This document shows, one piece after another, positions 34,061-41,938 of a stretch of DNA of 41,938 nt (position 1 is its first letter; each line of letters begins with the position of its first letter). The notes beneath the pieces were generated by a model. That model was given only the letters and a program-made list of their open reading frames with translations, had not been told where the DNA came from and made no database searches. The stretch comes from Propionibacteriales bacterium (GTDB lineage: Bacteria > Actinomycetota > Actinomycetes > Propionibacteriales > Nocardioidaceae): NCBI GenBank assembly GCA_038242765.1, contig JBBSRT010000001.1:1-41938 (forward strand). The letters are read 5' to 3'. The position numbers and the translations under genes were made by a program.

Positions 34061-35257
34061 TTAAAGCTTGTAGTCCTCGAGCAGGCGCCGGCCGATGATC
34101 ATCCGCTGGATGTCTGCGGTACCTTCTCCGATCAACAGCATTGGAGCTTCGCGATAAAGCCGTTCGATCTCATATTCCTTGGAGAAGCCGTAGCCGCCGT
34201 GGATGCGGAACGAATCCTCGACGACCTGTGAGCAAAATTCGCTCGCAAGGTATTTGGCCATCCCAGCTTCGAGATCGTTGCGTGCTCCGGCGTCCTTCTT
34301 GCGGGCTGCGTTGACCACCAGCGCATGGGCGGCTTCGACCTTCGTACCCATTTCGGCTAGCCGAAACAGCACGGCCTGATGTTCGGCGATCTTCTTGCCG
34401 AACGTTTCGCGCTGCTGGGCATATGAGGCACCGAGCTCAAAGGCTCGGTTGGCCACTCCGACGGCACGAGCGGCCACGTTGACGCGGCCCACTTCGACCC
34501 CGTCCATCATTTGATAGAACCCCTTGCCGGGAACACCGCCGAGGATCTGTTGGGCGTCGATCCTGTGTCCCTCGAAAATCATCTCGGTGGTGTCGACGCC
34601 TTTGTATCCCATTTTTTCGATCTTGCCCGGGATGGTGACACCTTGGGCTGTCTCACCGAAGCCGGACTCTTTTTCGACGAGGAATGTTGTCATGTTCTTG
34701 TAAACCGAGGCTTCGCGATCTTCGTCGGTCTTGACAAGCACGGCGACCAGGTTTGCTGACCCGCCGTTGGTGAGCCACATCTTCTGGCCGTCGATCGTGT
34801 AGTTGCCATCAGCACCCTTGACAGCCTTGGTCTTGATGGCAGCGACGTCGGAGCCGCAACCGGGTTCGGACATGGAGAAGGCGCCGCGTACCTCGCCTGC
34901 GGCCATTCGGGGCAGGTACTTTCGCTTTTGATCCTCGGTGCCGTGGTGCATGAGCATGTAAGCCACGATGAAGTGGGTGTTGATGACGCCCGAGACACTC
35001 ATCCAGCCGCGCGCGATTTCTTCGACCACGAGCGCATACGTCAGCAGCGACTCGCCCAGACCATCAAACTCCTCGGGAATCATCAGTCCGAATATGCCGA
35101 GTTCTTTGAGTCCCTCGACGATTTCGGTCGGATACTCGTCCTTGTGCTCGAGTTCGGTGGCAACCGGAATGATCTTGGCATCGACGAACTTGCGTACGGT
35201 TTTGAGTATCTCTTGCTGGACTTCGCTGAGACCATCTGTGCTGGCGAGACGACCCAC
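34061..35257 (-). CDS. Acyl-CoA dehydrogenase
   Basis: Motifs seen: FSMSEPGCGSD, WLTNGG, IHGGYGFSKEYEIERLYREA and IGEGTADIQ. The GTG at 35257 has AGGAG 6 nt upstream. Confidence 0.85.
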   Translation of the reverse strand: MGRLASTDGLSEVQQEILKTVRKFVDAKIIPVATELEHKDEYPTEIVEGLKELGIFGLMIPEEFDGLGESLLTYALVVEEIARGWMSVSGVINTHFIVAYMLMHHGTEDQKRKYLPRMAAGEVRGAFSMSEPGCGSDVAAIKTKAVKGADGNYTIDGQKMWLTNGGSANLVAVLVKTDEDREASVYKNMTTFLVEKESGFGETAQGVTIPGKIEKMGYKGVDTTEMIFEGHRIDAQQILGGVPGKGFYQMMDGVEVGRVNVAARAVGVANRAFELGASYAQQRETFGKKIAEHQAVLFRLAEMGTKVEAAHALVVNAARKKDAGARNDLEAGMAKYLASEFCSQVVEDSFRIHGGYGFSKEYEIERLYREAPMLLIGEGTADIQRMIIGRRLLEDYKL

Positions 35258-35366
35258 AAGGGTCTCCTTTACATAGGCGTGCGGTGACTCAACTCTACCG
35301 AGAATCGGGCGCCACAAAGAAAGTGCCCCTCAGGTAAGGAGCCTGTGCACAATCGACGTACCCCGC

Positions 35367-36245
35367 TCATTCGGCGAGTATGACGTCTTGTGAGGAGCGC
35401 GATCGACCCAACGTGACGATCACCAGACCGGCCATCATCAGGGTGAGGCCGAGGTAAACACCCCATGCCGGTGTCTGCGACAGGAAAACCGCCGCCAGCA
35501 AGGCCGCTCCGGGTACTTCGAAGAGGATGATCAACGAAATCAGCGTCGGACTCATCACGGCCAACAAATGGTTGAACAAGGAGTGCCCAAGCAGTTGTGC
35601 GCCGACTGTGACGGCAATGATCGCGAGCCATGTCGGCCCGGAGAAGCCCGTAAGTTGCTGTCCGGTCGCGAGGCAGGCGACCAGCAACAGTGCCGCGCAC
35701 ATTCCATAACAGACAAAGGTGTAGGTCGTCGTGGAGAGCTTCTTGCGGATTTCGCCGCCGGCGATCAGATACAGGGCAGCAAACAGACCGCCAAGGATGG
35801 CCAACGCATCGCCGGTGATCGCGCGGCGCGACAACGCAAAATCGAAACCCGAAATGATGAGCACTCCCACGGTCGCGAACACCATGCCGATCAGGGCGGC
35901 TTTGCCCGGCTTGGTGCCCCGTAGCCGATCGATCAGCACCACCCACAAGAGTTGCGTCGTCACCAACGCGGTCGCCGCAGCAACCGAGGTCATTTTGAGC
36001 GCCGACACCCATGTCGCGAAATGCGCGGCGAGCATCGCGCCAGCGAAGGCACCCAATCGCCAGTCGCGAGCGTCCATTGCACCGATGCCGGTGCCATGCT
36101 GGGCTGCGGCAAACGGCGTCAGTGCCGCAACTCCCAACGCGTTGCGCCAAAAGGCGATAGTGAGCGCAGGGGCGTGGGTGCCGGCCATGAGTGGACCAGA
36201 CACAGAAACACCCAGGGCAGCAATGACTGCCAGCAGTGCATTCAC
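35367..36245 (-). CDS. EamA/DMT-family transporter
   Basis: About 10 TM helices in two EamA-like halves. The GTG at 36245 overlaps the vWA gene stop (GTGA). Confidence 0.75.
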   Translation of the reverse strand: MNALLAVIAALGVSVSGPLMAGTHAPALTIAFWRNALGVAALTPFAAAQHGTGIGAMDARDWRLGAFAGAMLAAHFATWVSALKMTSVAAATALVTTQLLWVVLIDRLRGTKPGKAALIGMVFATVGVLIISGFDFALSRRAITGDALAILGGLFAALYLIAGGEIRKKLSTTTYTFVCYGMCAALLLVACLATGQQLTGFSGPTWLAIIAVTVGAQLLGHSLFNHLLAVMSPTLISLIILFEVPGAALLAAVFLSQTPAWGVYLGLTLMMAGLVIVTLGRSRSSQDVILAE

Positions 36246-38068
36246 TCGTGCACCGAGGCGTCGCGAGCGGTGTGGCGGCGACGAAGATAAAACCAGAGGC
36301 TGCCGGCCGCGGCCGCTGCGACTAGGCCGACGCCGATCCACACCAGCGGCGAAGTGCCCCCATCATCGACGACCTCGACGGCGTCTTGGGCACTTTCGGG
36401 CTTGTCCGCATAGACCGGGGTGCCTTCGCCGGCCGTCCCGACGACGCTCGCAGTTAGCCTCACTGGGAACGGTTCGTTTTGTTTGTCGGATGCTTCCGAG
36501 GCGGACACCGCACAGTAATAACCACCGGCTCGTGAGGCGGCCCGCACGGCTGCAGATGAGGACTTCCGGTTCAAGTAACGCACCGGTGGCGCTGCCGTAT
36601 GGATGCTGGTGGACTTGCCGAGGCTGACGATCTTGTCTTGCACACTGCCGCGTTGACGTTGCGGGCCATAGGTACGGACCGTCACCTTGGCCGTCGCGGG
36701 TTTTTTAGCCGCGCTGTCTTGAGCGGGAACGTCGACATCGCACACAAGCTGCTGACCCCAATCGACACCAATATGATAAAAGCGCGTCGTACCGGCCCGC
36801 ACCGTGTCATCGTAGGTGGCTGGCTCCAGTGCGGGCGCACCGCTGAAGCTTGGCGACCCAACGACGGAGAGTGCCGGTTCGGATGCCGTATTGCCAGTGG
36901 CATCCATATCGGCCGGCTTCACAGCTTTAGGCAACCCGTCGGTTGTTGTCACAGCCGGTTCAGATGCCACAAGGAGTTCGAGCGGGCGAACACTTCTGTC
37001 CGTCGATGCGACCGCCAACGTGTAAGGACCTTCGCCACATTTGGTCAACTTGTCGGCCGCAAGGGTGTAGACGACGGTCGTCGGAGCACCGGTGACCGTA
37101 CGGGATGCGGTTTTCGCTGCTCCATCGCCACAGGGAACACCGCTCAAGGAGGTGACGTCGACGGTCAGTTCGGGGTTCTGGGCCGAACCCGAGTCCTTAC
37201 CGGATGTGGAGCGTACGGGACGAATTGTTGCCGCCACATGGAGCGTGCCGCCCGCTGGGTCGAGGAGGCGATAGTACTCCGTATCGCTGTCACCGATCGT
37301 GTCGAGCCATTGACCATCGCTGATGGAGACGGCGCTGGCTGCGGCGGGGCCGCCTTCGACTCCGCGACCAGCCGGCGCATACCCGCGTGCTCCGCGTTTG
37401 GTCAGCCTGCTCAACACGATCGGAAGGTCGGCTGCATCGGTGACGTCAAAATAGGTGCCGCCGCTGGCGCTGGCGATACAGGTGAGTTGGTCGCGGGCCG
37501 ATTTGTCCGCCTGGAAGCCGACCACATCGATATGCAGATCCTGGCCCGAGTCAGAAACGTCGCGTGCCACTTGACACGGATCCGCGCCACAGCCACCGGC
37601 ACTTCGGGCGACAAGGACAATGCTTGCGGGCTTGTCGCCGGGAAGATCGTCAGCAGCCTCACCCAACGCATAACCTATCGGCGTATTGCCCAACGGTTTC
37701 AACGACTCGACACCCTTTACCAGCGCTGGTTTATCGACCGTGTCAACCGGTGCGATCAACGAACTGTCCTTGCACGACCGCAGGCCCTCCTTGACCGAAG
37801 CGCCATAAACACGCAGACCGATGGAAGCGTCGACCGGCACATCTGTGAATGCTTCGAGGAGTCCTGTCTGGACGGCCTGCATACGCGTTATATCGCCGCC
37901 GGCAGACTCAGCCATTGCGCTCGAGGAATCAACGACAACTTCGACTGCTCCAGGACCGCGGCCAGGTTGCTTCTGTTCGGCCGAAAACGACGGCGCGCCC
38001 ACCCATAGGATCGCCAACGCCACACCTATCGAAGCGGTCAATGCCGTCTTGCGCCGCGTCGACATCAT
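36242..38068 (-). CDS. Secreted vWA-domain protein with two beta-rich domains and a C-terminal TM anchor
   Basis: It has a signal peptide and a vWA core (VVVDSSSAM, GNTPIGYAL, GGCGADPC, VVGF). The C-terminal helix reads LVWIGVGLVAAAAAGSLWFYL followed by RRRH. Confidence 0.75.
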   Translation of the reverse strand: MMSTRRKTALTASIGVALAILWVGAPSFSAEQKQPGRGPGAVEVVVDSSSAMAESAGGDITRMQAVQTGLLEAFTDVPVDASIGLRVYGASVKEGLRSCKDSSLIAPVDTVDKPALVKGVESLKPLGNTPIGYALGEAADDLPGDKPASIVLVARSAGGCGADPCQVARDVSDSGQDLHIDVVGFQADKSARDQLTCIASASGGTYFDVTDAADLPIVLSRLTKRGARGYAPAGRGVEGGPAAASAVSISDGQWLDTIGDSDTEYYRLLDPAGGTLHVAATIRPVRSTSGKDSGSAQNPELTVDVTSLSGVPCGDGAAKTASRTVTGAPTTVVYTLAADKLTKCGEGPYTLAVASTDRSVRPLELLVASEPAVTTTDGLPKAVKPADMDATGNTASEPALSVVGSPSFSGAPALEPATYDDTVRAGTTRFYHIGVDWGQQLVCDVDVPAQDSAAKKPATAKVTVRTYGPQRQRGSVQDKIVSLGKSTSIHTAAPPVRYLNRKSSSAAVRAASRAGGYYCAVSASEASDKQNEPFPVRLTASVVGTAGEGTPVYADKPESAQDAVEVVDDGGTSPLVWIGVGLVAAAAAGSLWFYLRRRHTARDASVHE

Positions 38069-38098
38069 TCGTACAGGGTATCGGGCTCGACCCGCGAC

Positions 38099-39484
38099 TC
38101 AGCCCCACGCCTTTTCGAGCTCGACCAGTGCCGACTCCAGGTGGATCAACAGCCGTTGCAGGTGCGGCACGCTTGTTCGACAACCCACGATGCCAAAATC
38201 CAGGAACTTGTCGCGGCTCGTCAACGTCACATTGACCGCCTGGCCGTCGAGAACGATGGAGGCTGGATAACTTCCGTCGAGAGCGGCGCCATTCCAATAC
38301 ATTTGCTTGCGCGGGCCGGGCACGTTGGAGACGACGATGTTAAACGGCGGCCGGGTGTACTTAACAAAACCCGGCACCGGCGTCAAGGCGATGGGCGCTA
38401 TCTGCGCCGCCGAAAGTGCCATGATCTGCAGCGGCGACAGGTCCGACATGATCTTCTTGGCCTGTCGCGCCGAATAGCTGATCTCCTCGAGGCGGGTGGC
38501 ACCGCTCGATTTGTCCGTAGCCAGGTTAACCACGATCGCGCCGACCGCATTGCCACGTCCACTGCCGTCCGTCCCTGCGGTCTCGGCGCGCATCGTCAAC
38601 GACACCGGAACCATGGCCGTCATCGGCTCATCGGGTAGCCCGTCGTGTTCGATCAGATACTCGCGAATAGCGCCTGAGACCATTGCCAGAACCACATCGT
38701 TGAGCGTCGTGCCAGAGTTTTTTGCGACCCGCCGGATGCGCTCAATCTCCCACGACTGTGCGGCAAACCTGCGCGCTCCGCCAACCGGCCCGTTGAGCAT
38801 CGTCTTGGGCGCCTTCGGCAAGGTGATGTCACCGTCTCGTAACACCTGGTTGGCGATCTTCGCCAAAGCAGGTGCAAGCCCGGCCACGTCGCCGGCAACG
38901 GCCGCTGCGTCACGCAACGTCTTCGCCGGATTGAAACCGGTCCTCGAGCGCGTTTTGCCCGCTGAGACAACCGACTTCGACCACGGCGGCAGGCCCGTAC
39001 GGTCGTCGGGATTCTCGGTCAGCATCCGCTGCAGCAGCCGAACCGCCGACACGCCGTCGATCAGCGAATGGTGCACCTTGGTGTAAAGGGCGATCCGCCC
39101 GTCGGCTAGCCCTTCGACGACATGGAGCTCCCACAGCGGACGATGCCGATCGAGCAATCCGCCGTGCCAGCGTGATGTCAACTGAAAGAGCTCGCGGATT
39201 CGTCCCGGACTTGGCACCGCCGAGTGCCGTACGTGGTAGTCGAAGTCAAAGGTTGCGTCTTGCTTCCACCATGTATAGCCCAAGGTACCGACCGGGTCTG
39301 CCGGTCGTCGCAAGAACAACGGCGACACCTCATCAGCCTCATGAAAACGTTCTAGAATTTCGCTGACAAAATTCGGGCCGGCATCTGGCGGCGGCCGAAA
39401 TAGCTGTAGCCCACCGACATGCATGGGATGTTCGCGCGACTCACCAAGCAGAAATATCGAGTCGGTTGGCAACATAAACGGCAT
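38099..39484 (-). CDS. Wax ester synthase / diacylglycerol acyltransferase (WS/DGAT)
   Basis: It carries the HHSLIDGVS (HHxxxDG) active site. Both the N-terminus MPFMLPTDSIFL and the length are typical of the family. Confidence 0.85.
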   Translation of the reverse strand: MPFMLPTDSIFLLGESREHPMHVGGLQLFRPPPDAGPNFVSEILERFHEADEVSPLFLRRPADPVGTLGYTWWKQDATFDFDYHVRHSAVPSPGRIRELFQLTSRWHGGLLDRHRPLWELHVVEGLADGRIALYTKVHHSLIDGVSAVRLLQRMLTENPDDRTGLPPWSKSVVSAGKTRSRTGFNPAKTLRDAAAVAGDVAGLAPALAKIANQVLRDGDITLPKAPKTMLNGPVGGARRFAAQSWEIERIRRVAKNSGTTLNDVVLAMVSGAIREYLIEHDGLPDEPMTAMVPVSLTMRAETAGTDGSGRGNAVGAIVVNLATDKSSGATRLEEISYSARQAKKIMSDLSPLQIMALSAAQIAPIALTPVPGFVKYTRPPFNIVVSNVPGPRKQMYWNGAALDGSYPASIVLDGQAVNVTLTSRDKFLDFGIVGCRTSVPHLQRLLIHLESALVELEKAWG

Positions 39485-39598
39485 TTACAAATCCTCACAT
39501 GAGCGCATACTTCGCGATATGCTGCATTCTAATGTGGCGCAGGTCACTCATGGGTGAACGATCGCTTAATGCTTCAGGTCAACGAGATGAGGTGTCCG

Positions 39599-40654
39599 AT
39601 GAACGCACACTTGTCACTTGCGGTGGACCCGAAGTTTTTCAAAGGCGCAAGCACGCAGTCACGACTCCTCAGCTTCGCGCTGTGCCATACGGCTCGGCCC
39701 TTCTTCAACGCCTGGTCGATGTTGCCCCGCGATATCACACCGCCCAACCTCGTCGACCAGATTGCGCGATTCTTGGCGGTCCATGAGGGCACGATGTGGC
39801 GTGGCATCACCCTTCCGGACTGCCAAGGCGAGTGGCTTCAGGCCAAGAACGTCAAGGATATCCACGGCGGCAATCCCAAGGCGATCCTCTATTTCCATGG
39901 CGGCGCATTTATCACCTGTGGACTCAATACTCATCGGCGCCTGGTGTCCCGCATCTCGTTTGCCGCAGACCAACCGGTGTTCAACGTGTGCTACCGCCAG
40001 CTGCCCACCCATCCGGTAGCCATGTCCGTTGCCGACGGGCTCGACGGTTTTCGCTGGCTCCTTGATCAGGGATACAAATCTGAGGACATCACCATTGCCG
40101 GTGACTCCGCCGGCGGCTACCTTGCGTTTTCGGTGGCTCGCGCAGTCCTTGACGCAGGGCTCAACCGACCAGCCGGCGTAGTCGCACTGTCGCCGTTGCT
40201 TGACATGGACAACACGCACAAGTCGACGCACCGCAACGCCAATCGGTGCCAAATTTTCCCGCTCCGGGCCGTGACCCGCCTCGCCACGATGATCGACGGT
40301 ATGGACGTGCGCAGCGGCATACACGGCCAGCGCACATGTCCGGTCAATATGCCGTTATCCGACATGCCACCCAGTCTCATTCAGGTCGGCTCGCACGAGA
40401 TTCTGATGGCCGATGCCGAACTCATGGCCAACCGCCTGGTGCGCGCCGGGGTGCCATGCGACTTGCAGGTATGGGACCGTCAGGTCCACGTCTTTCAGTC
40501 CGCCGCCTCGTGGCTCCCCGAGGGGCGCTATGCCATCGATGAGATCGGTTCCTTCATCCACGGGCTCGCCGCCACCCAGCAACTCGTCAAAAAGACTGTT
40601 TCCAGGCACCGTACCGCCACCGCCATGCCCAAAAAGGTTGCCGGGCTCCGCTAA
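39599..40654 (+). CDS. Alpha/beta-hydrolase esterase/lipase (HSL-like family)
   Basis: It has the oxyanion motif HGGAF and the nucleophile elbow GDSAGG. The ATG at 39599 has GAGG 6 nt upstream; the track start at 39554 is also possible. Confidence 0.75.
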   Translation: MNAHLSLAVDPKFFKGASTQSRLLSFALCHTARPFFNAWSMLPRDITPPNLVDQIARFLAVHEGTMWRGITLPDCQGEWLQAKNVKDIHGGNPKAILYFHGGAFITCGLNTHRRLVSRISFAADQPVFNVCYRQLPTHPVAMSVADGLDGFRWLLDQGYKSEDITIAGDSAGGYLAFSVARAVLDAGLNRPAGVVALSPLLDMDNTHKSTHRNANRCQIFPLRAVTRLATMIDGMDVRSGIHGQRTCPVNMPLSDMPPSLIQVGSHEILMADAELMANRLVRAGVPCDLQVWDRQVHVFQSAASWLPEGRYAIDEIGSFIHGLAATQQLVKKTVSRHRTATAMPKKVAGLR

Positions 40655-40679
40655 GCGTTGCGGCGGTAGTGTTTGGCTC

Positions 40680-41936
40680 GTGACCAACGCACCGAGCCGA
40701 ATCTTCCTCGCCCGTTTGATCGGGCAGGCCGTATTCGACCCCGCCGGTGACCAGGTAGGCAAGCTCCGCGATGTGGTCGTCATCTTCCGTCCCGATCGTC
40801 TGCAGTCGCGGGTCTTGGGCATGGTTGTTGAAGCTCTGGGGCGTCGCCGAATCTTCTTACCGATCACGAGGGTGACGTCGATCGACACGGGGCAGATCAT
40901 CACCACCGGAGTGCTCAATGTGCGGCGTTTTGAGCAACGCCGCAGCGAGACGCTGGTGTTACACGAGCTTTTTGACCGCAGAGTCAGTTTGCCAGACGGA
41001 ATCACGGGCACGATCTTCGATGTTGCCGTCGAACGAGACAGCCGCCGCGACTGGCACATCAGCCACTACGCGGTCCACGAGGGCGGCAAACGTTTTGGCC
41101 GGCGAGGCCAAAATCATGTCGTCGAATGGAACGAGGTCTCCGGTCTCGGCGCCACCGAAGCGCAACAGGGTGCCACCCATCTCCTTGCCGCCCTTGAAGA
41201 GATGCGGCCCGCCGATCTCGCCAACGCCTTACGGGAGCTCAGTGCGAAGCGCCGTATGGAGGTCGCTGTCGAGTTGGGTGTTGAGCGGCTTGCCGACGTG
41301 TTGGAGGAGCTCCCCGACGCCGCGCAGGTCGAGATCCTCGGAGTTCTCGACCCGGAGCGAGCCGCCGATGTACTCGAAGAGATGGACGACGATGATGCCG
41401 CCGACCTTTTGGGCGGATTGCCTTATGACACGCGCGAACAATTGCTCGCGCTAATGGAGCCTGACGACGCCGACGACGTCCGGCGACTGTTGACCTATGA
41501 CGACAAGACCGCCGGTGGACTCATGACGACCGAACCGGTAATTCTCCCACCCAACGCCACCCGTGCTGAAGCTCTTGCCCGCATCCGCGAACCAGAGCTG
41601 AGTCCGGCACTGGCCTCCATGGTCTATGTGTGCCGGCCGCCCGCCGAGACCCCGACGGGACGTTTCCTGGGCGTGGTCCACGTGCAGGCACTCCTGCGCG
41701 AGCCACCCTCGACCCAGGTCGGGTCAATTGTGGTCAGCGATCTTGAATGGCCCCGGCCCGACAGCACCCTGGGTCACGTGGCCAAACTCTTGGCGCAGTA
41801 CGACCTCGTCGCGTGCGCGGTCGTCGACGAAAACTCGCGCCTGCTCGGAGCGGTCACGATCGACGACGTGCTGGACCACTTGTTGCCCGATGATTGGCGC
41901 GAGAGCGACGCGGAGGTGACAGTCGATGCCGGATAG
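40680..41936 (+). CDS. MgtE N-terminal-domain / CBS-pair protein without transporter TM domain
   Basis: It has acidic MgtE_N-like repeats (LADVLEELPDAAQVEIL, AADVLEEMDDDDAADLL) and a C-terminal CBS pair. The GTG at 40680 was chosen to avoid overlap with the esterase gene. Confidence 0.75.
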   Translation: MTNAPSRIFLARLIGQAVFDPAGDQVGKLRDVVVIFRPDRLQSRVLGMVVEALGRRRIFLPITRVTSIDTGQIITTGVLNVRRFEQRRSETLVLHELFDRRVSLPDGITGTIFDVAVERDSRRDWHISHYAVHEGGKRFGRRGQNHVVEWNEVSGLGATEAQQGATHLLAALEEMRPADLANALRELSAKRRMEVAVELGVERLADVLEELPDAAQVEILGVLDPERAADVLEEMDDDDAADLLGGLPYDTREQLLALMEPDDADDVRRLLTYDDKTAGGLMTTEPVILPPNATRAEALARIREPELSPALASMVYVCRPPAETPTGRFLGVVHVQALLREPPSTQVGSIVVSDLEWPRPDSTLGHVAKLLAQYDLVACAVVDENSRLLGAVTIDDVLDHLLPDDWRESDAEVTVDAG

Positions 41937-41938
41937 GA

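Overview
This is a high-GC (roughly 63-65% by eye) actinobacterial chromosomal segment, densely coded. All calls come from reading the sequence and the ORF track by hand; no searches were run. The gene order matches, from memory, the conserved mycobacterial Rv3193c-Rv3214 neighbourhood. In order it contains: UPF0182 membrane protein, PDZ/Lon-like protease, a DUF2342-type protein, an ABC1 kinase, uvrD2, mycoredoxin, nudC, adnB/adnA, an alkyltransferase-like protein, moeZ, TetR, DUF3107, a DEAD-box helicase, an orphan ParA and a histidine phosphatase. These are followed by lipid-metabolism and membrane genes: MaoC, acyl-CoA dehydrogenase, an EamA transporter, a vWA protein, WS/DGAT, an esterase and an MgtE-N/CBS protein. 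A truncated initiator tRNA-fMet sits at the left edge. I saw no rRNA, CRISPR array, transposase or integrase, and no whiB7 where mycobacteria carry it. The least ordinary region is 25.1-28.4 kb. There a three-gene island (DoxX-like protein, Cys-containing wHTH regulator, secreted TP-linker protein) interrupts the conserved order. It is bracketed by two paralogous 78-bp AT-rich promoter/operator modules with identical internal spacing. The second module faces about 0.4 kb with no convincing gene, which holds a 14-bp perfect palindrome and a 31-bp tandem duplication and ends at a hairpin. Other observations: an in-frame TAG splitting uvrD2, an orphan RiPP-docking/E1-like protein, and an intergenic-only TGTGCACA palindrome. 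There is also a RecA-NDp-like leaderless promoter for adnA-adnB-nudC, and several catalytic or metal-binding motifs look degenerate (RExxH, YxxxQ, vWA MIDAS). I cannot show that any of this is a new system; the island with its shared modules is the best candidate.
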